The position numbers and the translations under genes are program-made. Shown here in pieces: positions 7,571-15,227 of a DNA stretch of 15,227 nt (its first letter is position 1; the number at the start of each line of letters is the position of its first letter). Under the pieces are notes generated by a model, which was not told the origin of the DNA, ran no database searches, and was given only the letters and a program-made list of their open reading frames with translations. The stretch covers positions 1 to 15,227 of the forward strand of contig JBHLPW010000090.1 in assembly GCA_048939015.1 (NCBI GenBank). The letters are read 5' to 3'. The DNA comes from Promethearchaeota archaeon (GTDB lineage Archaea; Asgardarchaeota; Lokiarchaeia; Sigyniarchaeales; SOKP01).

Positions 7571-7765
7571 GATCATCAAGTGCCGTTTTCAACACATAGA
7601 TGAAGATTTTGATCATACAATTTGGAGAATCATTAACATTTTCGAAAAGTGTACATAGAAACTACTAAAATCGATCATGTTGCTTATAAAAATAGAACAC
7701 ATAAAATTTGTTGGAAAAACGTAGGAATTTTCACCTGTTTTTGATCATTCTTGATCATTGGATCT
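7571..7765. promoter_or_regulatory. Cluster of five co-oriented GATCAT motifs in the divergent promoter region
   Basis: GATCAT at 7571, 7611, 7673, 7743 and 7753, plus GATCT at 7761. The copies are not all in one reading frame. Confidence 0.45.
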
Positions 7766-7922
7766 ATCGTGCTTTTTTTTTTCTGATAATATAGAGAAAA
7801 ATATTTTACTGACATTATAAGAAATACACAAGAAGCGAATTATTATGGTTGGAATTGCACTATTAAAGTGTGATTTTGATAATCTAAAACAAATTTAAAG
7901 CATTTGGTTATTGGAATTTTCT

Positions 7923-7936
7923 AAAAAATTTATTAA
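7923..7936 (+). promoter_or_regulatory. Candidate BRE/TATA promoter of the hdr operon
   Basis: AAAAAA-TTTATTAA lies ~55 nt upstream of the hdrC ATG. The AT-rich background makes this weak evidence. Confidence 0.35.
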
Positions 7937-7988
7937 ACCTCTTTTATTTTTCTAACCAACAAGTAGATGAATAAAAAAACTTTTCGAC

Positions 7989-8486
7989 ATGTCTGTAATA
8001 AATTTTGAGTTTCGAAATGAGGTATTGAAACATAATGCTTCTTTAAGTTATTGCTATCAATGTAGTACGTGTAGTGGAGGGTGCCCCGTGGCTCTAATAA
8101 CTGGGGGAAGTTATAATCCAAGAAAAATAATTGAAGAAGCTATTTTGGGATTAAAAGATAAACTAGTAGAAATGCAAGACCCTAATCCGTGGCTTTGTTC
8201 AACATGTCAAACATGTGTTGAATTATGTCCTCAAAAAGTCGAGCTTACAGAGATTTTTGCCTTAATAAAAAACGAATGTTTTAATATTGGAAAGGTTCCT
8301 GAAGCATTTATAGCTCAAGGACGAGCAGTTTTGGATAATGGAGTAGCAATACCGTATTCTAAGGCAATTCTATCGAGGAGAGAAAAATTGGGACTTCCCT
8401 CGATAAAAACAGCCTCTCAGGATGAAATAAAGAAGATATTAAAAGTTACTAATTTTGAAAACCATATTCCAAAGGAGGGAGGTTAA
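7989..8486 (+). CDS. hdrC: Heterodisulfide reductase subunit C
   Basis: Two [4Fe-4S] motifs, CYQCSTCSGGCP and WLCSTCQTCVELCP, plus NPRKII and RREKLGLP. Lies directly before hdrB. Confidence 0.95.
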   Translation: MSVINFEFRNEVLKHNASLSYCYQCSTCSGGCPVALITGGSYNPRKIIEEAILGLKDKLVEMQDPNPWLCSTCQTCVELCPQKVELTEIFALIKNECFNIGKVPEAFIAQGRAVLDNGVAIPYSKAILSRREKLGLPSIKTASQDEIKKILKVTNFENHIPKEGG

Positions 8487-8489
8487 GAT

Positions 8490-9353
8490 ATGGCTTATGA
8501 CTTATTTTTAGGATGTGTCATTCCAGCAAGATTACCATTTTTAGAAGCATCATCAAGAAAAGTATTTGAGAAACTTGGTATTAAATTAAATGATGTTGAT
8601 GGATTTAGTTGCTGCCCCGATCCTACAGGTATTGAACTTATTGATCATAAAACATGGTTAACTTTAGGAGCAAGAAATTTAAGTCTTTCAAATAACAATG
8701 GAGGAATCATATCATTTTGTTCAGGGTGTGTTGAGACTCTTAAGGGCGTCAATTATTATATTAATAAAGATCCTGAAACTAAGAATGAAGTAAATAATAT
8801 TTTAAAGAATGTTGGCAAAAAATATGACGGTAAGACAAAAGTAAAGCATTTTGCTGAGGTTCTTTATGAAAATCTTGATAAAGTAAGGGAGAGTGTAGTG
8901 CATCCTTTAACTGGATTTAGAGTAGCAATTCATTATGGATGTCATTATTTAAGACCCTCAGAAATTATTAATTGGGATGATCCTTTTGAACCTACTACAA
9001 TCGATGAGATTGTTAGAGCATTAGGAGCGGATTCGATAGACTATGAAATGAAAATGGAATGTTGTGGAAATCCACTTGAAAAATCAGATAAAGAGCTATC
9101 TTTGCAGATGATAAATAACAAATTTGAATCAATTCAAGAAGCAGGTGCTAATTGTATTACATTAGTCTGCCCTGCATGCTATCAACAATTTGATTTTAAT
9201 CAGCGGGAATTGAATAAAGAAAGAGAGACTGATTATAATTTTCCAGTATTTTATCTTTCAGAATTGGTAGCACTCGCGTTTGGGTTTAATCCTGAAGAAT
9301 TAGGATTTAATTTTCATCGAGTTCGGCCTAAAGGTTTATTAGAAGGATTTTAA
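8490..9353 (+). CDS. hdrB: Heterodisulfide reductase subunit B
   Basis: Two complete CCG domains: FLGCVIP / SCCP / CSGC and HYGCHYLRP / CCG / CPACYQQFD. Confidence 0.96.
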   Translation: MAYDLFLGCVIPARLPFLEASSRKVFEKLGIKLNDVDGFSCCPDPTGIELIDHKTWLTLGARNLSLSNNNGGIISFCSGCVETLKGVNYYINKDPETKNEVNNILKNVGKKYDGKTKVKHFAEVLYENLDKVRESVVHPLTGFRVAIHYGCHYLRPSEIINWDDPFEPTTIDEIVRALGADSIDYEMKMECCGNPLEKSDKELSLQMINNKFESIQEAGANCITLVCPACYQQFDFNQRELNKERETDYNFPVFYLSELVALAFGFNPEELGFNFHRVRPKGLLEGF

Positions 9354-9410
9354 AATTTAAAAGACGTAGAAATTAAATTTATAAATTTAAAAATAAGAAT
9401 TGGTAGAACC

Positions 9411-10505
9411 ATGGGATTAGCAGAAATAAAAACATTTGAAAATTTGCAAGATGATGTGATCTCAGCTAATAGATGTTGTGCCTGCGGTGCGTGCATAGCA
9501 TATTGCGAGAATCAAGCTTTTAATGTTATTGAGATGGATAATTATACTCCAAAGTTCAAAACGGATAAAAGTGTTGAAAATTGTAAAGAATGTGGATATT
9601 GTTATTATATTTGTCCTCAAACTGAGCCTTTATTAGACAGATTAAAAGAAATGTACTTAGTAAAGGATGAACTTGGAAATATAATTGATATTTTTGCCGC
9701 TAAAACCACTAATGAGCAGATTCAAAAAGTTGGACAAGATGGTGGAATAGTATCGACTATTTTGACCTATTTATTTGATACAAATAATATTGATGCTGCA
9801 GTAGTCTCAGAATATGACGAAAATTTTAAACCTATACCTAAAATAATATACCGCAAAGATGATTTGGTAAAATCAGCTGGTACTCGCTATTCTATTTCAT
9901 CTAACATTTTACCTTTAAAAGATTTAAATGAAATCGCAGAGGATATTATCTCCCAAAAGAAAAGAATTTATGATAGGGATCAATTGCGAATTGCTTTTAT
10001 TGGAACACCATGCCAATGTAGAGCTATTAGTAAAATGAAGCTTCTACATATTAAACCAGCACATGTTATTAGTATAGTAATTAATCTTTTTTGTTTTGAA
10101 AATTTTGATTATGATAAATTGATGGATACATTAACATCAAAAACGGCAATTAATCCTTCAGATATTAAAAAAACAAATATTAAGAAGAATTTTTTTGTCA
10201 CCTCGAAAGATGATTCTGTTAAGGAAGTAAATATTAAAGAACTTGATGGTGCTGTAAGGAATCATTGTCATGAATGTGATGAATTTGTAGGAAGATATTC
10301 AGATCTTAGTATTGGTTCCTCTGGAGCTCCTACTGGTTATTCAATGATAATTTCTCGAACTGAAAAGGGACATAATTTAATTGATTCATTACTTGCCACA
10401 GGATATATCGAACGATATATTATTCCAGCAGATCAGATTTCAGAATGGCAACCCAAAAAAATCAATTGGTTAAAAAAAATGACTTCACTAAAGGTAAAGA
10501 AATAA
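9411..10505 (+). CDS. F420-interacting FrhB/FdhB/FpoF-family flavoprotein with an N-terminal 2x[4Fe-4S] domain
   Basis: CCACGACIAYC, CKECGYCYYICP, GQDGGIVS, AGTRY, GTPCQ, LFC.ENF, CHEC.EF, DLSIGS and SRTEKG. Confidence 0.93.
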   Translation: MGLAEIKTFENLQDDVISANRCCACGACIAYCENQAFNVIEMDNYTPKFKTDKSVENCKECGYCYYICPQTEPLLDRLKEMYLVKDELGNIIDIFAAKTTNEQIQKVGQDGGIVSTILTYLFDTNNIDAAVVSEYDENFKPIPKIIYRKDDLVKSAGTRYSISSNILPLKDLNEIAEDIISQKKRIYDRDQLRIAFIGTPCQCRAISKMKLLHIKPAHVISIVINLFCFENFDYDKLMDTLTSKTAINPSDIKKTNIKKNFFVTSKDDSVKEVNIKELDGAVRNHCHECDEFVGRYSDLSIGSSGAPTGYSMIISRTEKGHNLIDSLLATGYIERYIIPADQISEWQPKKINWLKKMTSLKVKK

Positions 10506-10520
10506 AAGAAGGTGAGAAAT

Positions 10521-11825
10521 GTGGCTAAAAATTCTAAAAGTGCTCTAATTATAGGAGCGGGTATTGCAGGTATTCAAGCTGCTTTAGATTTAGGAGATAT
10601 GGGAATAAAAGTATATTTAATTGAAAAGAATCCTGTGATTGGAGGAAAAATGGCGCAATTAGACAAAACTTTTCCTACTTTAGACTGTTCAATTTGTATT
10701 CTAGCACCCAAATTATCAGAATGTTATAGACATCCAAATATTACGTTATACACACTTTCAGAAGTAAGTAATGTTGAGGGGACCAGTGGGAATTTTACAG
10801 TAGATATCTTTAAACGCGCACGTTATGTAAAGGAAGAAGCATGTACTAATTGTGGTGATTGTGCTTCAATTTGTCCTGTCAGGGGTGTACCAAACTATTT
10901 TGACGCTAATTTGAAAAATATGGCAGCAGCCTATATACCGTTTCCTTCGGCAGTTCCTCCTGTACATATAATCGATAAGAATTCATGTGTTTATTTAAAT
11001 TATGGAATTTGTGGATTATGTGCCAATAATTGTGGAGCTGAGGCAATTGATTTCTCACAAAAAGACGAAACTATAAAGATTGAAAATATTGGTTGTATAA
11101 TTGTTGCTCCTGGATATGGTTTATTGGAAGACGTCAGTCCGCTTACGAAATATGGTTACGGAAAATATAGAAATGTTGTGACCGCTTTAGAATTTGAGCG
11201 GTTAATTTGTGCTTCTGGTCCATTGGAAGGGCATTTAAAAAGACTATCAGATGGGAATGAACCTAAGAAACTTGCTTTTCTGCAGTGTATAGGGTCCCGT
11301 TCAGATAGAGATAGGCAATATTGTTCTTCTATATGTTGTATGTATACTACTAAAGCAGCAATGATTGCCTATGAACATAATAATGATTTAGAATCATATG
11401 TTTTTTATATTGATATGAGAGCAGGAGGAAAGGGATTTCAAAATTTTCTCCGCAGAGGAGCAAGTGAATATGACATTAAATATATTAAAAGTAAAATATC
11501 TCATATCGAGGTTGATGAGGATGAAAGTCCCATTATAACATATGAAGATTATGATACATCAGAAATAAAACAGATGAAAGTAGATTTAGCAATTTTAGCA
11601 ACCTGCATAATCCCATCTCCTGGAATTGAAAAGTTAGCAGATGTATTAGGAATTGAATTAAATAATTATAAGTTTATAAAAACAGATCCATTTTTACCAG
11701 TAGAAACGAGTGTAGAAGGTATCTTCACATGTGGTTGTGCTCGTGAACCAATGGATATCCCTCGTTCTGTTGCTGAAGCTAGCGGAGCAGCAGCAAGAGC
11801 AGCGGAAGTAATTAAAGGAGGTTAA
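10521..11825 (+). CDS. hdrA: HdrA-like flavoprotein, first half of a split long-type HdrA
   Basis: GAGIAGIQAALDL, MAQLDKTFPTLDCSIC, an inserted 2x[4Fe-4S] domain, QCIGSR and YCSSICCM. Lacks the RIGVFVC N-domain and the C-terminal ferredoxin. GTG at 10521 is preferred because AGGTGA at 10510-10515 is the SD. Confidence 0.93.
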   Translation: MAKNSKSALIIGAGIAGIQAALDLGDMGIKVYLIEKNPVIGGKMAQLDKTFPTLDCSICILAPKLSECYRHPNITLYTLSEVSNVEGTSGNFTVDIFKRARYVKEEACTNCGDCASICPVRGVPNYFDANLKNMAAAYIPFPSAVPPVHIIDKNSCVYLNYGICGLCANNCGAEAIDFSQKDETIKIENIGCIIVAPGYGLLEDVSPLTKYGYGKYRNVVTALEFERLICASGPLEGHLKRLSDGNEPKKLAFLQCIGSRSDRDRQYCSSICCMYTTKAAMIAYEHNNDLESYVFYIDMRAGGKGFQNFLRRGASEYDIKYIKSKISHIEVDEDESPIITYEDYDTSEIKQMKVDLAILATCIIPSPGIEKLADVLGIELNNYKFIKTDPFLPVETSVEGIFTCGCAREPMDIPRSVAEASGAAARAAEVIKGG

Positions 11826-11832
11826 AACGATT

Positions 11833-13515
11833 ATGAGTGAAAAAAAAGAAGAAGATGTTCGAATTGGCGTTTTCGTTTGTAGTTGTGGTTCAAATATTGG
11901 AGGTTTAATAAATGTTAAAGATGTGGCAGAATATGCTAAATCTCTCCCCAATGTTGTATTTACTCAAGATAATTTATATACGTGCTCAGAAACAGGATTA
12001 GCCCAGATAAAGAAGGGAATTAAAGAACATAATCTGAATCGTGTTGTTGTCGCTTCATGCACTCCAAGAACTCATGAACCTTTATTCCGTGATTGTATCA
12101 AAGAGGAAGGTGTTAATGAGTATTTATTTGAATTCGTCAATATTCGAGATCAAGATACGTGGGTTCATATGAAATATCCAGAAGAGGCATTTAAAAAAGC
12201 TAAAGACGTAATCCGTATGGGAGTAGCAAAAGCAGCTAAACTGGAAGCTCTTGAAAATATCGTGGTAGATGCAACTCCAACTGCTATGGTAATTGGAGGA
12301 GGGGTCTCAGGAATAACCGCTGCTCTTAGTCTAGCCAATCAAGGGTTTGAGACACATTTAGTAGAAAAAGATAATCAATTAGGGGGAAAATTGAATGTCC
12401 TAAATAAATTATTCCCTACAGGTCAAGATGCCACTGAACTTTTAGAAAGCTTAAAAGAAAGGATTAAAAATAACTCGAATTTAACTGTGTATACTTCTGC
12501 AAAAGTGACTAATATTGAAGGTTTTGTAGGAAATTATGAAGTAGAAGTCCAACAAAATAGTAAAACTACTAATTTAACGATAGGTGTCATCGTAGTTGCT
12601 GTTGGAGCGTCTTTATTAACACCTACTGGAAAATTTGGTTATGATGGGAAGAAGAGAATCACCCAGTATGAATTAGAAGAGAAACTTAAGAATAATGACG
12701 TTAACGCTAACAACATTGTAATGATTCAATGTGTAGGAGCTCGTAATGATGAAAGAAAATACTGTTCTAATGTTTGTTGTATGAGCGCTTTGAAAAATGC
12801 TTTATTACTTAAAGAAAAAAATCCTAATGCGAATATCACAATTTTATTTAGAGATCTGTATACTCCTGGAACTCATTATGAAGAATATTATAGAAGAGCA
12901 AGGGAAGCAGGAGTAATATTTCTGAGTTATAAACTCGAAAAGGAACCTATTGTAGAGGAAAATAACATAAAAGTATATAATGAATATATAGGAGAAGAAA
13001 TGAGTGTACCTTATGAATTATTGGTATTATCTACCCCATTGATCGCTAACGATGATAATAAAGAGCTTGCTCAAATGCTTAAGGTACCATTAGAAGAAAA
13101 TAAATTCTTCTTGGAAGCCCACGTAAAATTAAGACCTATGGATTTTGCTACTGATGGTGTTTTTATATGTGGGGCAGCAAAATGGCCAGTTGATATTACA
13201 GAATCAATAACTCAAGGATATGCAGCAGCAGGAAGAGCGAGTACAATTATATCCCATGATACTATCGAAGTAGAAGGGGCAACATCATTTCTGCCTGAGT
13301 ATAATAAGGATTTATGTACCGGATGTGAAGTTTGTATTAACGTGTGTCCCTATAAAGCGATAAGTAAGAATGAGGATGATGAGATTGAAATTACTCAAGT
13401 TCTTTGTAAAGGGTGCGGAGTTTGCGGAGCTACCTGCACCAATCATGCCATAATAATAAGACATTTTACGGATGAACAAATTTTATCTGAAATTTATGCA
13501 TTTGGAGGGAGCTAA
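11833..13515 (+). CDS. hdrA: HdrA-like flavoprotein, second half of a split long-type HdrA
   Basis: RIGVFVCSCGSNIGG, ASCTPRTHE, NIRDQ, GGGVSG, QCVGAR, YCSNVCCM, EAHVKLRP, and C-terminal CTGCEVC...CP / CKGCGVC...C. No inserted ferredoxin. Confidence 0.95.
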   Translation: MSEKKEEDVRIGVFVCSCGSNIGGLINVKDVAEYAKSLPNVVFTQDNLYTCSETGLAQIKKGIKEHNLNRVVVASCTPRTHEPLFRDCIKEEGVNEYLFEFVNIRDQDTWVHMKYPEEAFKKAKDVIRMGVAKAAKLEALENIVVDATPTAMVIGGGVSGITAALSLANQGFETHLVEKDNQLGGKLNVLNKLFPTGQDATELLESLKERIKNNSNLTVYTSAKVTNIEGFVGNYEVEVQQNSKTTNLTIGVIVVAVGASLLTPTGKFGYDGKKRITQYELEEKLKNNDVNANNIVMIQCVGARNDERKYCSNVCCMSALKNALLLKEKNPNANITILFRDLYTPGTHYEEYYRRAREAGVIFLSYKLEKEPIVEENNIKVYNEYIGEEMSVPYELLVLSTPLIANDDNKELAQMLKVPLEENKFFLEAHVKLRPMDFATDGVFICGAAKWPVDITESITQGYAAAGRASTIISHDTIEVEGATSFLPEYNKDLCTGCEVCINVCPYKAISKNEDDEIEITQVLCKGCGVCGATCTNHAIIIRHFTDEQILSEIYAFGGS

Positions 13516-13519
13516 GATT

Positions 13520-14281
13520 ATGGATTTCGAACCGAAAATATTAGGATTTTTATGTAATTGGTGTTCTTATGCAGGGGCAGATTTAGCAGGAGTTAGTAGA
13601 ATGCAATATCCACCTAATATACGAGTAATAAGGGTTATGTGTAGTGGTCGTATAGATCCTAAATTTATTTTTGAAGCACTTCGAGTTGGTGCTGATGGTG
13701 TAATTGTTTTAGGGTGTCATTTAGGTGATTGTCATTATCTTGAAGGAAATTATGAAGCCGAGAAAAAATTTGATATGACGAAACGATTCCTAAAACTAAT
13801 TAATTTTGATAATAGAGTAAGATTGGATTGGGTTTCTGCCTCTGAAGGTGCCAGATATGCTCAGGTTATTACCGAATTTACAGATCATATCAAAGCACTA
13901 GGACCATCTCCAATTGGAGGAGATAATCCTGATAAAGAAATACTTAATAAATTAAAGGCAATTGAAGATGCCGCTGCAAGTGATCGAATGAGAGCACTTG
14001 TAGGAAGAGAAAGAAAGATTACAGAACAAGAAAATGTATATGGAGAACAAATCTCCCTAGATAAATTTAATAAAGTTTTTGATTCAGCTATTATGGAAGA
14101 ATATGAACGAAATAGAATTTTAGTTTCATTAGAAGAAGATACTAAGTCTATTAAAAGTTTAGCAGCTGAATTAGAAATCGATCCGAGTGTTGTTTTAGAA
14201 CATATTGTATATTTAAAGAGTCGGGGTCAAGTTGATTTTGGAGAATTTATGGGAATAACTCCAATGTTTTATAAAATGTAA
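13520..14281 (+). CDS. mvhD: MvhD/FlpD [2Fe-2S] protein with a ~110-aa C-terminal extension (wHTH-like)
   Basis: FLCNWCSYAGADLAG, RVMCSGR, GCHLGDCHY and WVSASEG. ATG at 13520 follows GGAGG (13504-13508) and lies 4 nt after the hdrA stop. The track start at 13472 overlaps hdrA. Confidence 0.94.
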   Translation: MDFEPKILGFLCNWCSYAGADLAGVSRMQYPPNIRVIRVMCSGRIDPKFIFEALRVGADGVIVLGCHLGDCHYLEGNYEAEKKFDMTKRFLKLINFDNRVRLDWVSASEGARYAQVITEFTDHIKALGPSPIGGDNPDKEILNKLKAIEDAAASDRMRALVGRERKITEQENVYGEQISLDKFNKVFDSAIMEEYERNRILVSLEEDTKSIKSLAAELEIDPSVVLEHIVYLKSRGQVDFGEFMGITPMFYKM

Positions 14282-14292
14282 GGAGGAGAAAA

Positions 14293-15227
14293 ATGGAAAA
14301 AGTAGGAGCTGTAATGGTTGTAGGCGCTGGTATTGGGGGCTCTCAGTCAGCGCTGGATTTAGGTGATTCTGGTTATAAGGTTTATTTAATTGAGTCTTCA
14401 ACGAGTATAGGTGGTGTAATGGCTCAATTGGATAAGACTTTTCCCACAAATGATTGTGCGATGTGTATAGTCAGCCCTAAGTTAGTAGAAACGGGTAGGC
14501 ATCAGAACATTGATTTGAGTATTAATTGCGAAATTCAAGATGTTTCGGGAGAAGCAGGCAACTTTACTGTCAAAGTGAAGAAAAATTCGCTTTATATTAA
14601 TCCAGATATATGTACAGGTTGTGGAGTTTGCGGTCGTAATTGTCCAGTTGAGGCAATTGATTTATTTAATGAAGGATTAGCAAAATATCACGCCACATCT
14701 GTGAAATATCCTCAGGCAGTACCATTAGTATATGCAATTAATAAGGAATATTGTATAGGATGTGGAGTATGTGCTGGAGTATGTAAAGCTAAAGCAGTTG
14801 AATATGATCGAGACGATGAGATTGTCGATATCAATGTAGGGGCTATAATTTTAGCACCTGGTTTTGACGAATTTGTACCTCAAGCAGCTAATAAATATGG
14901 GTATGGGAAATTTAAAAATGTAGTGTCCAGTATTGAATTTGAACGTATCTTATCTGCTTCAGGACCTTATGCTGGAAAAGTTCTCAGGCCTTCTGATGGT
15001 GATATACCTGAAAAAGTTGCTTTTCTTCAATGTATAGGATCTCGAGACTATACTGGAGTAGGACAGCCTTATTGTTCTTCAGTATGCTGCATGTATACTG
15101 CAAAAGAAGCTGTAATCGCTCATGAACATCAACATGAAGTAAAACCTACTATTTTTAGCATGGATATTAGAGCCTATGGAAAAGATTTTGATAAATATAT
15201 TATTAGAGCTCAAGAAGAATATGGAGT
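14293..15227 (+). CDS. hdrA: Further HdrA-like flavoprotein (long-type N-terminus), truncated by the window end
   Basis: Not in the ORF track because it has no stop in the window. After AGGAGG it reads MEKVGAVMVVGAGIGGSQSALDLG...MAQLDKTFPTNDCAMC...CTGCGVCGRNCP...CIGCGVCAGVC...QCIGSRD...YCSSVCCM and is open to the end. Confidence 0.95.
   Translation, partial: MEKVGAVMVVGAGIGGSQSALDLGDSGYKVYLIESSTSIGGVMAQLDKTFPTNDCAMCIVSPKLVETGRHQNIDLSINCEIQDVSGEAGNFTVKVKKNSLYINPDICTGCGVCGRNCPVEAIDLFNEGLAKYHATSVKYPQAVPLVYAINKEYCIGCGVCAGVCKAKAVEYDRDDEIVDINVGAIILAPGFDEFVPQAANKYGYGKFKNVVSSIEFERILSASGPYAGKVLRPSDGDIPEKVAFLQCIGSRDYTGVGQPYCSSVCCMYTAKEAVIAHEHQHEVKPTIFSMDIRAYGKDFDKYIIRAQEEYG

Noticed and set aside
7571-7765. 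GATCAT repeats as a CRISPR array or coding repeat
   Set aside because: The repeats are only 6-8 bp, irregularly spaced and in different frames, and there are no cas genes.
7933-8121. 62-aa minus-strand ORF from the track
   Set aside because: Antisense to hdrC and its leader.
11694-11951. 85-aa minus-strand ORF from the track
   Set aside because: Antisense shadow across the hdrA'/hdrA'' junction.
14213-14449. 78-aa minus-strand ORF from the track
   Set aside because: Antisense to mvhD and the third hdrA.
7989-15227. Hdr genes as evidence of methanogenesis
   Set aside because: No mcr or mtr genes are in the window, and Hdr/Mvh modules are widespread in non-methanogenic anaerobes.

Overview
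Very AT-rich archaeal DNA, most likely from an Asgard archaeon (Lokiarchaeia-like). This is inferred from GAGGTGA/GGAGG Shine-Dalgarno sites, two small longin-like paralogues, a SIR2-TPR protein and an expanded Hdr cluster. The left half (1-7450) is accessory. It holds a UGA-interrupted zinc-ribbon ORF, a coiled-coil protein, a longin-like / 3-TM / longin-like trio, an internally duplicated OsmC-family protein, a convergent SIR2_2-TPR protein, a GC-rich structured non-coding element and a small 8-Cys protein. A ~570-bp divergent intergenic region with five GATCAT motifs follows. The right half is a tightly coupled heterodisulfide reductase operon: hdrC, hdrB, frhB-like, a two-gene split long-type hdrA, mvhD with a wHTH-like tail, and a further hdrA running off the window end. 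Several ORF-track starts appear wrong and are corrected here. All family calls come from motif recognition by eye, not from database searches.
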